DNA from: Silicimonas sp. | Lineage (GTDB): Bacteria; Pseudomonadota; Alphaproteobacteria; Rhodobacterales; Rhodobacteraceae | Assembly (NCBI GenBank): GCA_022824315.1 | Contig: JAJEAC010000066.1 | Span: 13,784 to 77,783 of the forward strand | Direction of reading: 5' to 3' | Length of the DNA stretch: 64,000 nt | In this document: one piece after another, positions 41,430 through 50,786 of the stretch | Layout: each line of letters opens with the position of its first letter | Numbering within the stretch: position 1 is the first letter of the stretch | The notes under the pieces: generated by a model | Told to the model about the DNA's origin: nothing | Databases searched by the model: none | What the model saw: the letters and a program-made list of their open reading frames with translations, nothing else | Translations under genes and position numbers: made by a program

Positions 41430-42275
41430 ATGAACGCCCGGTTGCTGCCCTATGTCCTGATCCTTCCGGTGACACTGTTTCTGTGCCTGTTCTTCCTCTA
41501 CCCGTTCCTGTTGGTCTCGAAGCAAGCATTCAGCACAGGGGCCGGCTTCACGCTCGACAACTTCCGCGAGGTGACAGGCTACTGGAAGTTCCCGATCACG
41601 ATGCGCAACACGCTTCTCTTGGCGGCTGCGGTGGTACCGATCCAACTGGCGCTCGCGTTGTTGATGGCCACCATGGTCAACAAGATGAAGAAGGGCCGCG
41701 ACCTCGTGCTGTACGTCTGGACCATCCCGCTTGGCATCTCGGACCTTGCCGCGGGCATCATCTGGCTGGCCATCTTCGATCAATCCGGGTTCCTGAACTC
41801 GATGATGAACGGTCTCGGGCTCGTCGACAAGCCGGTGAACCTGCTCACTTTCCAGAACCCCGGCATCGTGTTCCTGGCGATCATGCTGGCCGAAATCTGG
41901 CGCGCGACCGCGATCATGCTGGTGATCCTGGTGGCGGGCATCGGGCTGATCCCCAAGGAGTACTACGAAGCGGCCGAGGTCTTCGGCGCATCGCCCTGGA
42001 AACGGTTCCTGCGCATCACCTTGCCGCTCCTGCGCCCCAGCCTGCAGACTGCGCTTGTTTTGCGGGTCATCCTGGCCTTCGAGATCTTCGCGGTGGTCGC
42101 GGCCCTAGGCGGCACGCTCTTCCCCGTCCTCATGGGCGAGACCTACGCCTACCAGTTCGACCTCCTGAACAGCGGGGCGGCGGCGGCGCTGGCACTGATC
42201 ATCCTGGCCATCTCCATCGCCTTTACCCTGATCATCCTGCGCGTTCTGCGCGTGCCTAAAGGAGCCACGATATGA
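41430..42275 (+). CDS. carbohydrate ABC transporter permease
   Basis: MNARLLPYVLILPVTLFLCLFFLYPF... MalF/UgpA-like 6-TM permease. ATG 41430 follows AAAGGAG. Confidence 0.9.
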   Translation: MNARLLPYVLILPVTLFLCLFFLYPFLLVSKQAFSTGAGFTLDNFREVTGYWKFPITMRNTLLLAAAVVPIQLALALLMATMVNKMKKGRDLVLYVWTIPLGISDLAAGIIWLAIFDQSGFLNSMMNGLGLVDKPVNLLTFQNPGIVFLAIMLAEIWRATAIMLVILVAGIGLIPKEYYEAAEVFGASPWKRFLRITLPLLRPSLQTALVLRVILAFEIFAVVAALGGTLFPVLMGETYAYQFDLLNSGAAAALALIILAISIAFTLIILRVLRVPKGATI

Positions 42276-43111
42276 CCGCCGTCACCACCGATGCAGTCAC
42301 GACAGACACGCGGCGAGCGGGCCGCTGGGTATATGGCAGCGCAGTTGTCCTGCTCTGCGCATGGGTCATCGTTCCGCTGTATTTTCTGCTGATCAACACG
42401 CTCAGCGCCCCTGAAACGGTGAACAGCTTCCCCAAGCCATTCATTCCCGAGTTCGACCTCGGCAGCCTGACCTTCTTTGCCAATTTCGCGGGGATGCTGA
42501 CGGCTCTGAAGAACTCGATCCTCGTGGCAGGGCTGACCATGATCATGTCCATCGTGATCGGGGCGCCGGCGGGCTATGCCCTCTCGCGGTTCGACTTCTA
42601 CGGCAAGGAACTGTTCCGGCTCCTGATCCTGCTGACCCGGGCCTTTCCGCTGCCGCTTCTGGCGCTTCCGCTCGCGGTGATGTTCATCCAGACCGGGCTC
42701 GACGATACCGTGTTCGGACTCGCACTCGTGCATACGACGCTGGCGATCCCTTTCGCGGTGCTCATCACCTTCGCGCTCTTCTCTGGCATTCCGCTGGAAC
42801 TGGAGGAGGCGGCCTGGACGCTCGGCTGCACGCGGCTCACCGCATTTTCCAAGGTCGTGCTGCCGCTGATCCTGCCTGGGATCACCGCATCCGCAATCTT
42901 TGCCTTCGTGATCTCGTGGAACGAGGTCTTCGCGGCCGCGGTGCTGACCATCGAGAACCGGACTCTGACGGCGTTCCTGCTGCAGAACCTCGACACCTCG
43001 CCCCTGCACCTGAAATTCGCAGGCGGGTTCATCCTCGTCGTGCCGGCGCTGATCTTCATCTTCGCCGTGCGCAAGTACCTCTTCGCCATGTGGGGCATCG
43101 CCAACCGCTGA
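42272..43111 (+). CDS. carbohydrate ABC transporter permease
   Basis: MalG/UgpE-like. EAA loop LEEAAWTLGCTRLTAFSKVVLPL. ATGA overlap with the upstream permease. Confidence 0.9.
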   Translation: MTAVTTDAVTTDTRRAGRWVYGSAVVLLCAWVIVPLYFLLINTLSAPETVNSFPKPFIPEFDLGSLTFFANFAGMLTALKNSILVAGLTMIMSIVIGAPAGYALSRFDFYGKELFRLLILLTRAFPLPLLALPLAVMFIQTGLDDTVFGLALVHTTLAIPFAVLITFALFSGIPLELEEAAWTLGCTRLTAFSKVVLPLILPGITASAIFAFVISWNEVFAAAVLTIENRTLTAFLLQNLDTSPLHLKFAGGFILVVPALIFIFAVRKYLFAMWGIANR

Positions 43112-43139
43112 GGCGGGGCGCATCTGAAAGGAAACGAAA

Positions 43140-44180
43140 ATGGCTCAGATCGAGATCAAGAACGTCGCCAAGCGTTTCGGGTCGTACCAGGCGCTGCATG
43201 ACATCAACCTGACCATCCAGGACCAGGAGTTCATGGTCCTGCTCGGCGCCTCGGGCTGCGGCAAGACCACGCTTCTGCGAATCATCGCCGGGCTGGAAAC
43301 CGCGACGGTCGGCGAGGTCTCGATCGGCGGGCGCCGGGTGGACCATCTGGCACCCAAGGATCGCGGCATCGCGATGGTGTTTCAGAACTACGCCGTCTTT
43401 CCACACTTGACAGTGTTCGAGAACATTGGCTTTGGCCTTCGGATGAAGAAGCTGCCCAACGACGAGGTGAAAGGCCGCGTCGAACGCACCGCGGAACTGA
43501 TGCACATCGAGCAGCTGCTGAAACGGTATTCCGGCGAATTGTCGGGCGGACAGAGACAGCGCGTTGCCGTGGCCCGTGCCCTGGCGATGGAGCCGGACGT
43601 AATCCTGATGGACGAGCCGCTGTCGAATCTTGACGCGCTCCTGCGGATGGAGATGCGTGCCGAACTCAAGGGCGTGCTTGCGGAAAGCAACACGACCGCG
43701 ATCTACGTCACCCACGATCAGGTCGAAGCCATGTCCATGGCCGACCGGATCAGCGTGATGCATCAGGGCGAAATCGTGCAGGCCGCCTCCCCGATCGAGG
43801 TCTACCGCAATCCGGCGGCGGAGTTCGTCGCCGGGTTCATCGGCAACCCGCCGATGAATTTCTTGCCGGCGGCGCCGGCAGGGGAGGGAAAGTGGTCCGT
43901 CGCAGGCCAGGTCATGGATGGGCCGAGCAGCGGCAAGCCGCTGAAATTCGCGATTCGTCCTGAAGACATGCGCCCCGCCGACGAGGGCCTGACCGCGACG
44001 GCGAAGGTGGTCGAGCCGCTGGGTGCGCATCTGCTGATCACGTGCGAGGTCCAGGGGTCGATGTTCCGTGCAGTGCTTGACAGCGACATGAGCGTCAAGC
44101 CGGGCGATCAACTGACCCTTGCTCCGCAGCCCGACCGGATGCGCTGGTTCGATCCCGATACAACGCTTGCCGTCGCTTGA
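43140..44180 (+). CDS. sugar ABC transporter ATP-binding protein (MalK/UgpC family)
   Basis: Walker A GASGCGKTT, signature LSGGQRQRVA, Walker B ILMDEPLSNLD, H-loop VTHDQ and a C-terminal TOBE-like domain. Confidence 0.93.
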   Translation: MAQIEIKNVAKRFGSYQALHDINLTIQDQEFMVLLGASGCGKTTLLRIIAGLETATVGEVSIGGRRVDHLAPKDRGIAMVFQNYAVFPHLTVFENIGFGLRMKKLPNDEVKGRVERTAELMHIEQLLKRYSGELSGGQRQRVAVARALAMEPDVILMDEPLSNLDALLRMEMRAELKGVLAESNTTAIYVTHDQVEAMSMADRISVMHQGEIVQAASPIEVYRNPAAEFVAGFIGNPPMNFLPAAPAGEGKWSVAGQVMDGPSSGKPLKFAIRPEDMRPADEGLTATAKVVEPLGAHLLITCEVQGSMFRAVLDSDMSVKPGDQLTLAPQPDRMRWFDPDTTLAVA

Positions 44181-44189
44181 GAACTGCCC

Positions 44190-45467
44190 GTGAAACAGGA
44201 TCTGATCGAGAAGGCCCGCGCCGTAATCGCGCGCAACGATCGCGGCCACTATACCGTGCCGACTCACGGGCTCTATCCCTTCCAGTGGAACTGGGACTCT
44301 GCCCTGAGCGCACTGGGCATTGCCCATTTCGACGAGGCCCGTGCATGGACCGAGATCGAGACACTGTTCGCCCATCAGTGGGAAGACGGGAAAGTCCCGC
44401 ACATCATCTTTCACGAGTCCGATGACGGCTACTTCCCAGGTCCGGATGTTTGGGGCACGGCACGAAACGTCCCGACCTCGGGAATTACCCAGCCGCCTGT
44501 CACCGGATTTGCGGTACGGCGCATCTTCGATCGTGCACGTGACAAGGCAATGGCCGAGAGGCGCGCCCGCGCCTTGCTGCAGCGCATTCATGGCTGGCAC
44601 AAGTGGTTTTACCGCAATCGGGATCCGCAGGACACCGGGCTGGTGGCAGTCATTCACCCGTGGGAATCTGGCCGCGACAATTCGGTCGACTGGGACGATG
44701 CCCTTGCTCGCGTGCCGACCGAGGCTGTCGGCGACTTTCAGCGCCGTGACACAAGTCACGCGAACCCCGCGCATCGACCGACGGATGAGCAGTACAAGCG
44801 CTATATCTGGTTGGTCCAGCACTTCCGCGACCTCGGCTGGGACAACTCGAAGCTGCACGATGCGTCGCCCTTCCGCATGGTCGATCCGGACTTTAACGCG
44901 ATCCTGATCCGGTCGTGCAGCGACCTGGCCGATCTGGCCGAGCGGTTGGGAGAGTCCGAAATCGCCGCGGAGTCCCGTGCCTTCGCTGAACGGGGCATCA
45001 AGGCGATAGACAGCCTCTGGCACGAACGGCTTGGCCAATACACGTGTTATGACCGCGTGGCAGCCAAGCTGATTGACAGCCCTTCGATCGGCGGGATTCT
45101 GGCCGCCTTCTGCGCCATCCCGAAGCCCCGTGCCGAAGCCTTGGCCGCACGCATAGCCAAGCTTGGAGGAAGCGCGCGGTTCCTGGTGCCCAGCCACGAT
45201 CCGGCCGCGCCGGAATATGACGGCCTTCGCTACTGGCGCGGTCCCGTCTGGCTGATCGTGAACTACATGATATCGGACGGGCTGAAAGCCGCGGGTCAAG
45301 ACGCCATGGCGCGTCGCATCGACGCAGACAGCATCCGACTGATCGAGAAAGGCGGATTTGCCGAATATTATGATCCAATCACGGCCGAACCCTGCGGCGG
45401 CAGCAATTTCACCTGGACCGCCGCAATGGTGATCGAAATCCTCAACTCCGAGAAGACACCCGCCTAA
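44190..45467 (+). CDS. GH63-like (alpha/alpha)6-barrel glycoside hydrolase (mannosylglycerate/glucosylglycerate-hydrolase-like)
   Basis: GTG start. FQWNWDSA, HPWESGRDNSVDWD and FAEYYDP...GGSNFTWTAAM are motifs characteristic of the MGH/GH63-trehalase-like clan. Last gene of the operon. Confidence 0.7.
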   Translation: MKQDLIEKARAVIARNDRGHYTVPTHGLYPFQWNWDSALSALGIAHFDEARAWTEIETLFAHQWEDGKVPHIIFHESDDGYFPGPDVWGTARNVPTSGITQPPVTGFAVRRIFDRARDKAMAERRARALLQRIHGWHKWFYRNRDPQDTGLVAVIHPWESGRDNSVDWDDALARVPTEAVGDFQRRDTSHANPAHRPTDEQYKRYIWLVQHFRDLGWDNSKLHDASPFRMVDPDFNAILIRSCSDLADLAERLGESEIAAESRAFAERGIKAIDSLWHERLGQYTCYDRVAAKLIDSPSIGGILAAFCAIPKPRAEALAARIAKLGGSARFLVPSHDPAAPEYDGLRYWRGPVWLIVNYMISDGLKAAGQDAMARRIDADSIRLIEKGGFAEYYDPITAEPCGGSNFTWTAAMVIEILNSEKTPA

Positions 45468-45636
45468 TTCGAGCCCGCAGCAGCGACTTCATGGCTGAAA
45501 CGGACAACATGGTCCGCAGCCAAGGCTTCACGCGCCCATTCGATGCCGAACGAGCTCAAGGCGCGCAATGTCGCCGCAGCACTCCGGACCGTGGACTTGG
45601 GCTTCAGCGAATGCGAACCGTGAGAACATGTCCGCG

Positions 45637-46692
<1,056 letters not shown>

Positions 46693-46704
46693 TTGGTGCT
46701 CCTT

Positions 46705-47520
46705 CTAGTTGGGGAATTGCCAGGGCTGAACTTCGGCCGCGATTCGCGACGCCGTCTCGCGCAGGGTGGGACTTAACGACTTCAACTCGTCCAGCGACCG
46801 CCGGGAGGTCGAGGTCGCAATCGAAATCGCTCCGACGACCCGCTTCTGGTCGGGGATGATGGGCGCGGCCACCGAGATGATGCCCTGTTCATGCTCTTCC
46901 CGGTCAAATGCTATGCCCTCGTCCCGTATCTGGTCAAGCTCGGGCCACAGACTCCTTGGAGACCTGTGCGTGTGTGGAGTGTAGGGCACGAAGGCCTGCA
47001 TCTTCAAAGCCTCGCTGCGGGTTTCCTCGGGCAGGAATGCCAGGATGGCCTTTCCGACACCGGTGCAATAGCTGGGCGCGACCAGTCCCGTCTGCGCCAA
47101 CGTATCGAACATGTTCGTCTTCTTGCGCTTGTCGACGAAGATGACATGCCCGTGATCGATCTGCGCCAAGTGGACCGCCTCCCGCACCATTTCAGCCAAG
47201 GCATCGACATGGGGTCGTGCGATCGGAGCCAGCGACGAATGCTGCCACGCCGCATGGGCGAGCCGCACCAGCCTCAGGCCCGGCATATAGGTCTGCCGCT
47301 CGGCATCATAGGCCAGCATGCCTTGACCTGTCAGCGATTGGAGGAACCTGTACAGCGTCGCCTTTGGAAACCGCGACTCTTCCAACAGTTCGGAAAACCG
47401 GACCGGGCGACCGTGGTCAGCCACCTGGTCAAGCACTTCGATCGCCTTGCCTACGGTGCCGTTTCGCCCCAACACTCGAATCCATCCTCCGCCCGGCATG
47501 CAAGGAAATCGCAATGCCAT
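46705..47520 (-). CDS. IclR family transcriptional regulator
   Basis: N-terminal wHTH (GTVGKAIEVLDQVADHGRPVRFSELLEESRFPKATLYRFLQSL) plus an IclR effector domain. Confidence 0.9.
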   Translation of the reverse strand: MALRFPCMPGGGWIRVLGRNGTVGKAIEVLDQVADHGRPVRFSELLEESRFPKATLYRFLQSLTGQGMLAYDAERQTYMPGLRLVRLAHAAWQHSSLAPIARPHVDALAEMVREAVHLAQIDHGHVIFVDKRKKTNMFDTLAQTGLVAPSYCTGVGKAILAFLPEETRSEALKMQAFVPYTPHTHRSPRSLWPELDQIRDEGIAFDREEHEQGIISVAAPIIPDQKRVVGAISIATSTSRRSLDELKSLSPTLRETASRIAAEVQPWQFPN

Positions 47521-47551
47521 GTTGACAAGGGTAACCTGACTCGTGTTATGA

Positions 47552-47581
47552 TTTCAATATGCAAAACTAGGTTTCAATATG
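47552..47581. promoter_or_regulatory. direct repeat TTTCAATATG x2 (20-bp period) in the iclR / SBP divergent promoter region
   Basis: Copies at 47552..47561 and 47572..47581. A TTGACA hexamer lies at 47522..47527. Located between the iclR start (47520) and the SBP start (47618). Confidence 0.45.
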
Positions 47582-47617
47582 TGGAACCAAAACATGGGAC
47601 AAACTGGGAGAAAAAGC

Positions 47618-48883
47618 ATGCGTTCCATCCTAAAGGCGTCAATCGCGGCGCTTGGCCTTGCGGCCATGACGGTCGGCGGGACATCTGCCAGCGGCCAGTC
47701 GCTGTCAGGAGACCTGAAGATCTTCCTTGACACTTCGAACCCTGCGCCGCGCGCAACCATGGAAGCCGTGATCGCCCGATTCCAGGCGAATCATCCGGAC
47801 CTCAACATCGAGACCACGGTGATCGATCGAGAGGAATACAAGACCCAGATCAGGAACTTCCTGACCGCCAACCCGCCAGACGTGGCAACCTGGTATGCAG
47901 CGAACCGGATGCGCCCCTACGTGGAGGCGGGCCTGTTCGAGGACGTCTCGGATCTCTGGGACGAGCCGGAAATCGCCGAGAACCTCGCCTCGACGAAGGG
48001 CGCAATGACCATCGACGGCAAACAGTGGGGCGTACCGTATTCCTACTACCAGTGGGGCGTCTATTACCGGAAGGACATCTACGAGGAACTCGGCCTGAAC
48101 GAACCGTCCAACTGGGACGAGTTCAAGGCGAACTGCGAGGCCATCCTCGCCTCGGGCCGCAAGTGCTACACCATAGGCACCAAGTTCCTTTGGACCGCCG
48201 GCGGCTGGTTCGACTACCTGAACATGCGCACCAACGGATTCGACTTTCACATGCAGCTCGCTGGCGGCGAGGTCAGCTGGGAAGACGACCGTGTCAGGCA
48301 GACCTTCGCCAACTGGCGTGAACTGATCGACATGGGCGGATTCATCGACAACCACCAGACCTACAGCTGGCAGGAAGCGCTTCCGTTCATGGTCAACGGA
48401 GACGCGGTGCACTACCTGATGGGCAACTTTGCCGTGGCTCCGCTGCGTGATGCCGGCCTCACCGATGATCAACTGGACTTCTACCAGTTTCCGGTCATCA
48501 CCCCGGGAGTCGCTCTTTCCGAGGACGCGCCGACCGACACCTTCCACATTCCGGCGAATGCCGCGAACAAGGAGGCAGGACGCGAGTTCCTGCGTTTTGT
48601 CGTCTCGGCTGACGAACAGACCGAGATCAACAACGGCAACAACCTGGGTCAGCTTCCGGTCAACGCAATGTCGTCGGTCGACGACGACAAGTTCCTGAAC
48701 GAAGGCTTTGCCATGCTGTCATCGAACAGCCCCGGCGGCGTCGCCCAGTTCTGGGACCGCGATGCGCCGGCCGAAATGGCCAAGGTCTCGATGGAAGGCT
48801 TCCAGGAGTTCATGGTCAAGCCTGACAACCTGGATCGCATTCTTGGCAAGCTCGAGCGTGCGCGCAAGCGGATCTACAAGTAA
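47618..48883 (+). CDS. carbohydrate ABC transporter substrate-binding protein
   Basis: Signal peptide MRSILKASIAALGLAAMTVGGTSASG. Family-1 sugar SBP of about 421 aa. Confidence 0.88.
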   Translation: MRSILKASIAALGLAAMTVGGTSASGQSLSGDLKIFLDTSNPAPRATMEAVIARFQANHPDLNIETTVIDREEYKTQIRNFLTANPPDVATWYAANRMRPYVEAGLFEDVSDLWDEPEIAENLASTKGAMTIDGKQWGVPYSYYQWGVYYRKDIYEELGLNEPSNWDEFKANCEAILASGRKCYTIGTKFLWTAGGWFDYLNMRTNGFDFHMQLAGGEVSWEDDRVRQTFANWRELIDMGGFIDNHQTYSWQEALPFMVNGDAVHYLMGNFAVAPLRDAGLTDDQLDFYQFPVITPGVALSEDAPTDTFHIPANAANKEAGREFLRFVVSADEQTEINNGNNLGQLPVNAMSSVDDDKFLNEGFAMLSSNSPGGVAQFWDRDAPAEMAKVSMEGFQEFMVKPDNLDRILGKLERARKRIYK

Positions 48884-48896
48884 TTCAGACTTGTGC

Positions 48897-48918
48897 GGGC
48901 ACCCCTCGCGGGGTGCCC
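48897..48918 (+). other. intercistronic GC-rich stem-loop (9-bp stem GGGCACCCC/GGGGTGCCC, loop TCGC)
   Basis: Perfect hairpin 14 nt after the SBP stop codon. No adjacent U-tract. Confidence 0.55.
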
Positions 48919-48991
48919 CTTGACAACGACAATTCGATTCCAGATTTTTTGAGTGCTGTTTCCAGGACGGGTTTCCTGTGGGAGCGAGGCA

Positions 48992-49936
48992 ATGAGCGAG
49001 TCCAGCCTTCAAGATGTCCGCGCGGTCAATGGCGGCGGCTCATGGTTTCACCGGAACCAGATCGCGGTCACGCCGTGGCTCTTCCTTGCACCCGGCGTTC
49101 TCTTCTTCATCTTCTACGTCATTTCCCCGATCTTCCAGTCCTTCAACGTCTCGCTCTACGATTGGGACGGGCTCGGAGAGGCCGAATACATCGGATTGCA
49201 GAACTACCAAGACCTATACTGGGAATTCGTCGACCGGGACGCCTTCTTCGTCTCGCTCAAGAACAACGTGATCTGGCTGTTTCTCTACCTCCTTGCAATT
49301 CCTGTGGGGCTGATGATCGCTCTCTTTCTCAACCAGAACGTCTGGGGCATCAGGCTTTACAAGTCGCTCTTCTTCTTTCCCTTCGTCATCAGCCAAGTGG
49401 TCGTCGGGCTGGTCTTCACCTGGTTTTACGATCCAACCTTTGGACTCCTGAACACGATCATCGGCTGGGTCGGCCTCGGGCCGATCAACGTTCTCGGCGA
49501 CGAGCGATTCGTGACCTACGGGATCATCGCCGCCGGCCTGTGGCCTCAGACCGCCTATTGCATGATCCTCTATCTCACGGGCCTGAATGCGGTGGATCCC
49601 GAACAGGTCGAGGCGGGCCGTCTCGACGGAGCCAAGGGTTGGAAGATGCTCTGGCACGTGATCATCCCCCAACTGAAACCCGCGACCTTCATCGCCTTCG
49701 TTGTGACAATCATCGGTGCGCTTCGCTCGTTCGACCTGATCTCGATCATGACCCAGGGCGGGCCCTTCGGATCATCGCGCGTTCTCGCCTTCTACATGTT
49801 CGAGGTGGCGCTTTCGGAATATGGCTTCAGGATGGGATACGGCGCAGCCATCGCCGTGGTTCTCTTCCTGATCATGCTCTGCTTCATCGCCTACTTCCTC
49901 TGGTCGATGTGGAAGGAAGAGAAGGGAGCGCGCTGA
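48992..49936 (+). CDS. carbohydrate ABC transporter permease
   Basis: MalF/UgpA-like 6-TM permease (VTPWLFLAPGVLFFIFYVISPIFQSF...). Confidence 0.9.
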   Translation: MSESSLQDVRAVNGGGSWFHRNQIAVTPWLFLAPGVLFFIFYVISPIFQSFNVSLYDWDGLGEAEYIGLQNYQDLYWEFVDRDAFFVSLKNNVIWLFLYLLAIPVGLMIALFLNQNVWGIRLYKSLFFFPFVISQVVVGLVFTWFYDPTFGLLNTIIGWVGLGPINVLGDERFVTYGIIAAGLWPQTAYCMILYLTGLNAVDPEQVEAGRLDGAKGWKMLWHVIIPQLKPATFIAFVVTIIGALRSFDLISIMTQGGPFGSSRVLAFYMFEVALSEYGFRMGYGAAIAVVLFLIMLCFIAYFLWSMWKEEKGAR

Positions 49937-49937
49937 C

Positions 49938-50786
49938 ATGTTTCCGAGACCGATCGAATCCACCGCCCGGACCACGCAAGTTGCCTACAAGACGCTTCTG
50001 CCGATCGCGCTCCTGATGTGGCTGGCGCCATTGCTCGCGGTCGCGGTCTTCTCGGTCAAGCCGGATGCCGATTTCACGACCGGAAACTACTGGGGAGTTC
50101 CCTCCACCTTCGAGGGCCTGACCAACTATGGCAAGGTCTTCCTTGAAAGCGACATGCCGCGCTATCTCTTGAACTCCGTCTTCATCACGGTGCCAACGGT
50201 GATCGGGGCGGTCGCACTGTCGTCGATGACGGGATTCGCCCTTGGCATCTACAAGTTCCGCGCCAATCTCTGGATCTTCTTCATGTTCGTCGCGGGCAAT
50301 TTCGTGCCGTTCCAGATTCTCATGGTTCCGGTTCGGGACCTTACGCTGGACATGGGCCTCTACAACACCAAGACGGGCCTCGTCCTCTTTCATATCGCGT
50401 TCCAGACGGGATTCTGCACCCTGTTCATGCGCAACTTCATCCGCGCACTGCCCTTTCCGCTGATCGAGGCGGCCCGGGTCGAGGGCGTTGCGGAATGGCG
50501 CATATTCTGGTTCGTCGTCCTGCCGCTGATGAAGCCGGCTCTGGCCGCTCTTTCGGTGCTGATCTTCACCTTCATCTGGAACGACTATTTCTGGGCGGTC
50601 GTGCTGACGCAAGGACCGGAAAGCCAGCCTGTCACCGCCGGCATCACGTCCTTCAATGCCCAGTTCCGCGCCGCCTATCACCTGATGAGCGCGGGCTCGA
50701 TCGTCGCGGCGCTGCCGCCGGTCCTGATGTTCTTCCTGATGCAAAGGCACTTCATTGCCGGTCTCACGCTTGGCGCCGTCAAGTAA
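49938..50786 (+). CDS. carbohydrate ABC transporter permease
   Basis: MalG/UgpE-like. EAA loop IEAARVEGVAEWRIFWFVVLPL. Confidence 0.9.
   Translation: MFPRPIESTARTTQVAYKTLLPIALLMWLAPLLAVAVFSVKPDADFTTGNYWGVPSTFEGLTNYGKVFLESDMPRYLLNSVFITVPTVIGAVALSSMTGFALGIYKFRANLWIFFMFVAGNFVPFQILMVPVRDLTLDMGLYNTKTGLVLFHIAFQTGFCTLFMRNFIRALPFPLIEAARVEGVAEWRIFWFVVLPLMKPALAALSVLIFTFIWNDYFWAVVLTQGPESQPVTAGITSFNAQFRAAYHLMSAGSIVAALPPVLMFFLMQRHFIAGLTLGAVK

Noticed and set aside
44141-44160. tRNA-like T-arm string GGTTCGATCCC
   Set aside because: It lies inside the 3' end of the ATPase CDS (..MRWFDPDTT..) and has no flanking acceptor, D or anticodon arm complementarity. I recognised no tRNA genes in the window.
43056-45299. 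747-aa ORF on the minus strand, the longest in this region of the track
   Set aside because: It lies entirely antisense to the well-supported ATPase (43140..44180) and the GH63-like gene (44190..45467). Its translation is Arg/Gly/His/Pro-rich low-complexity sequence with no recognisable motifs. This is a typical shadow ORF of high-GC DNA. The same reasoning rejects 40632..41783(-), 24758..25927(-), 27054..28496(-), 25944..26921(-), 42149..43123(-), 49884..50906(-), 16108..16947(-), 17841..18794(-) and 7015..7956(-).
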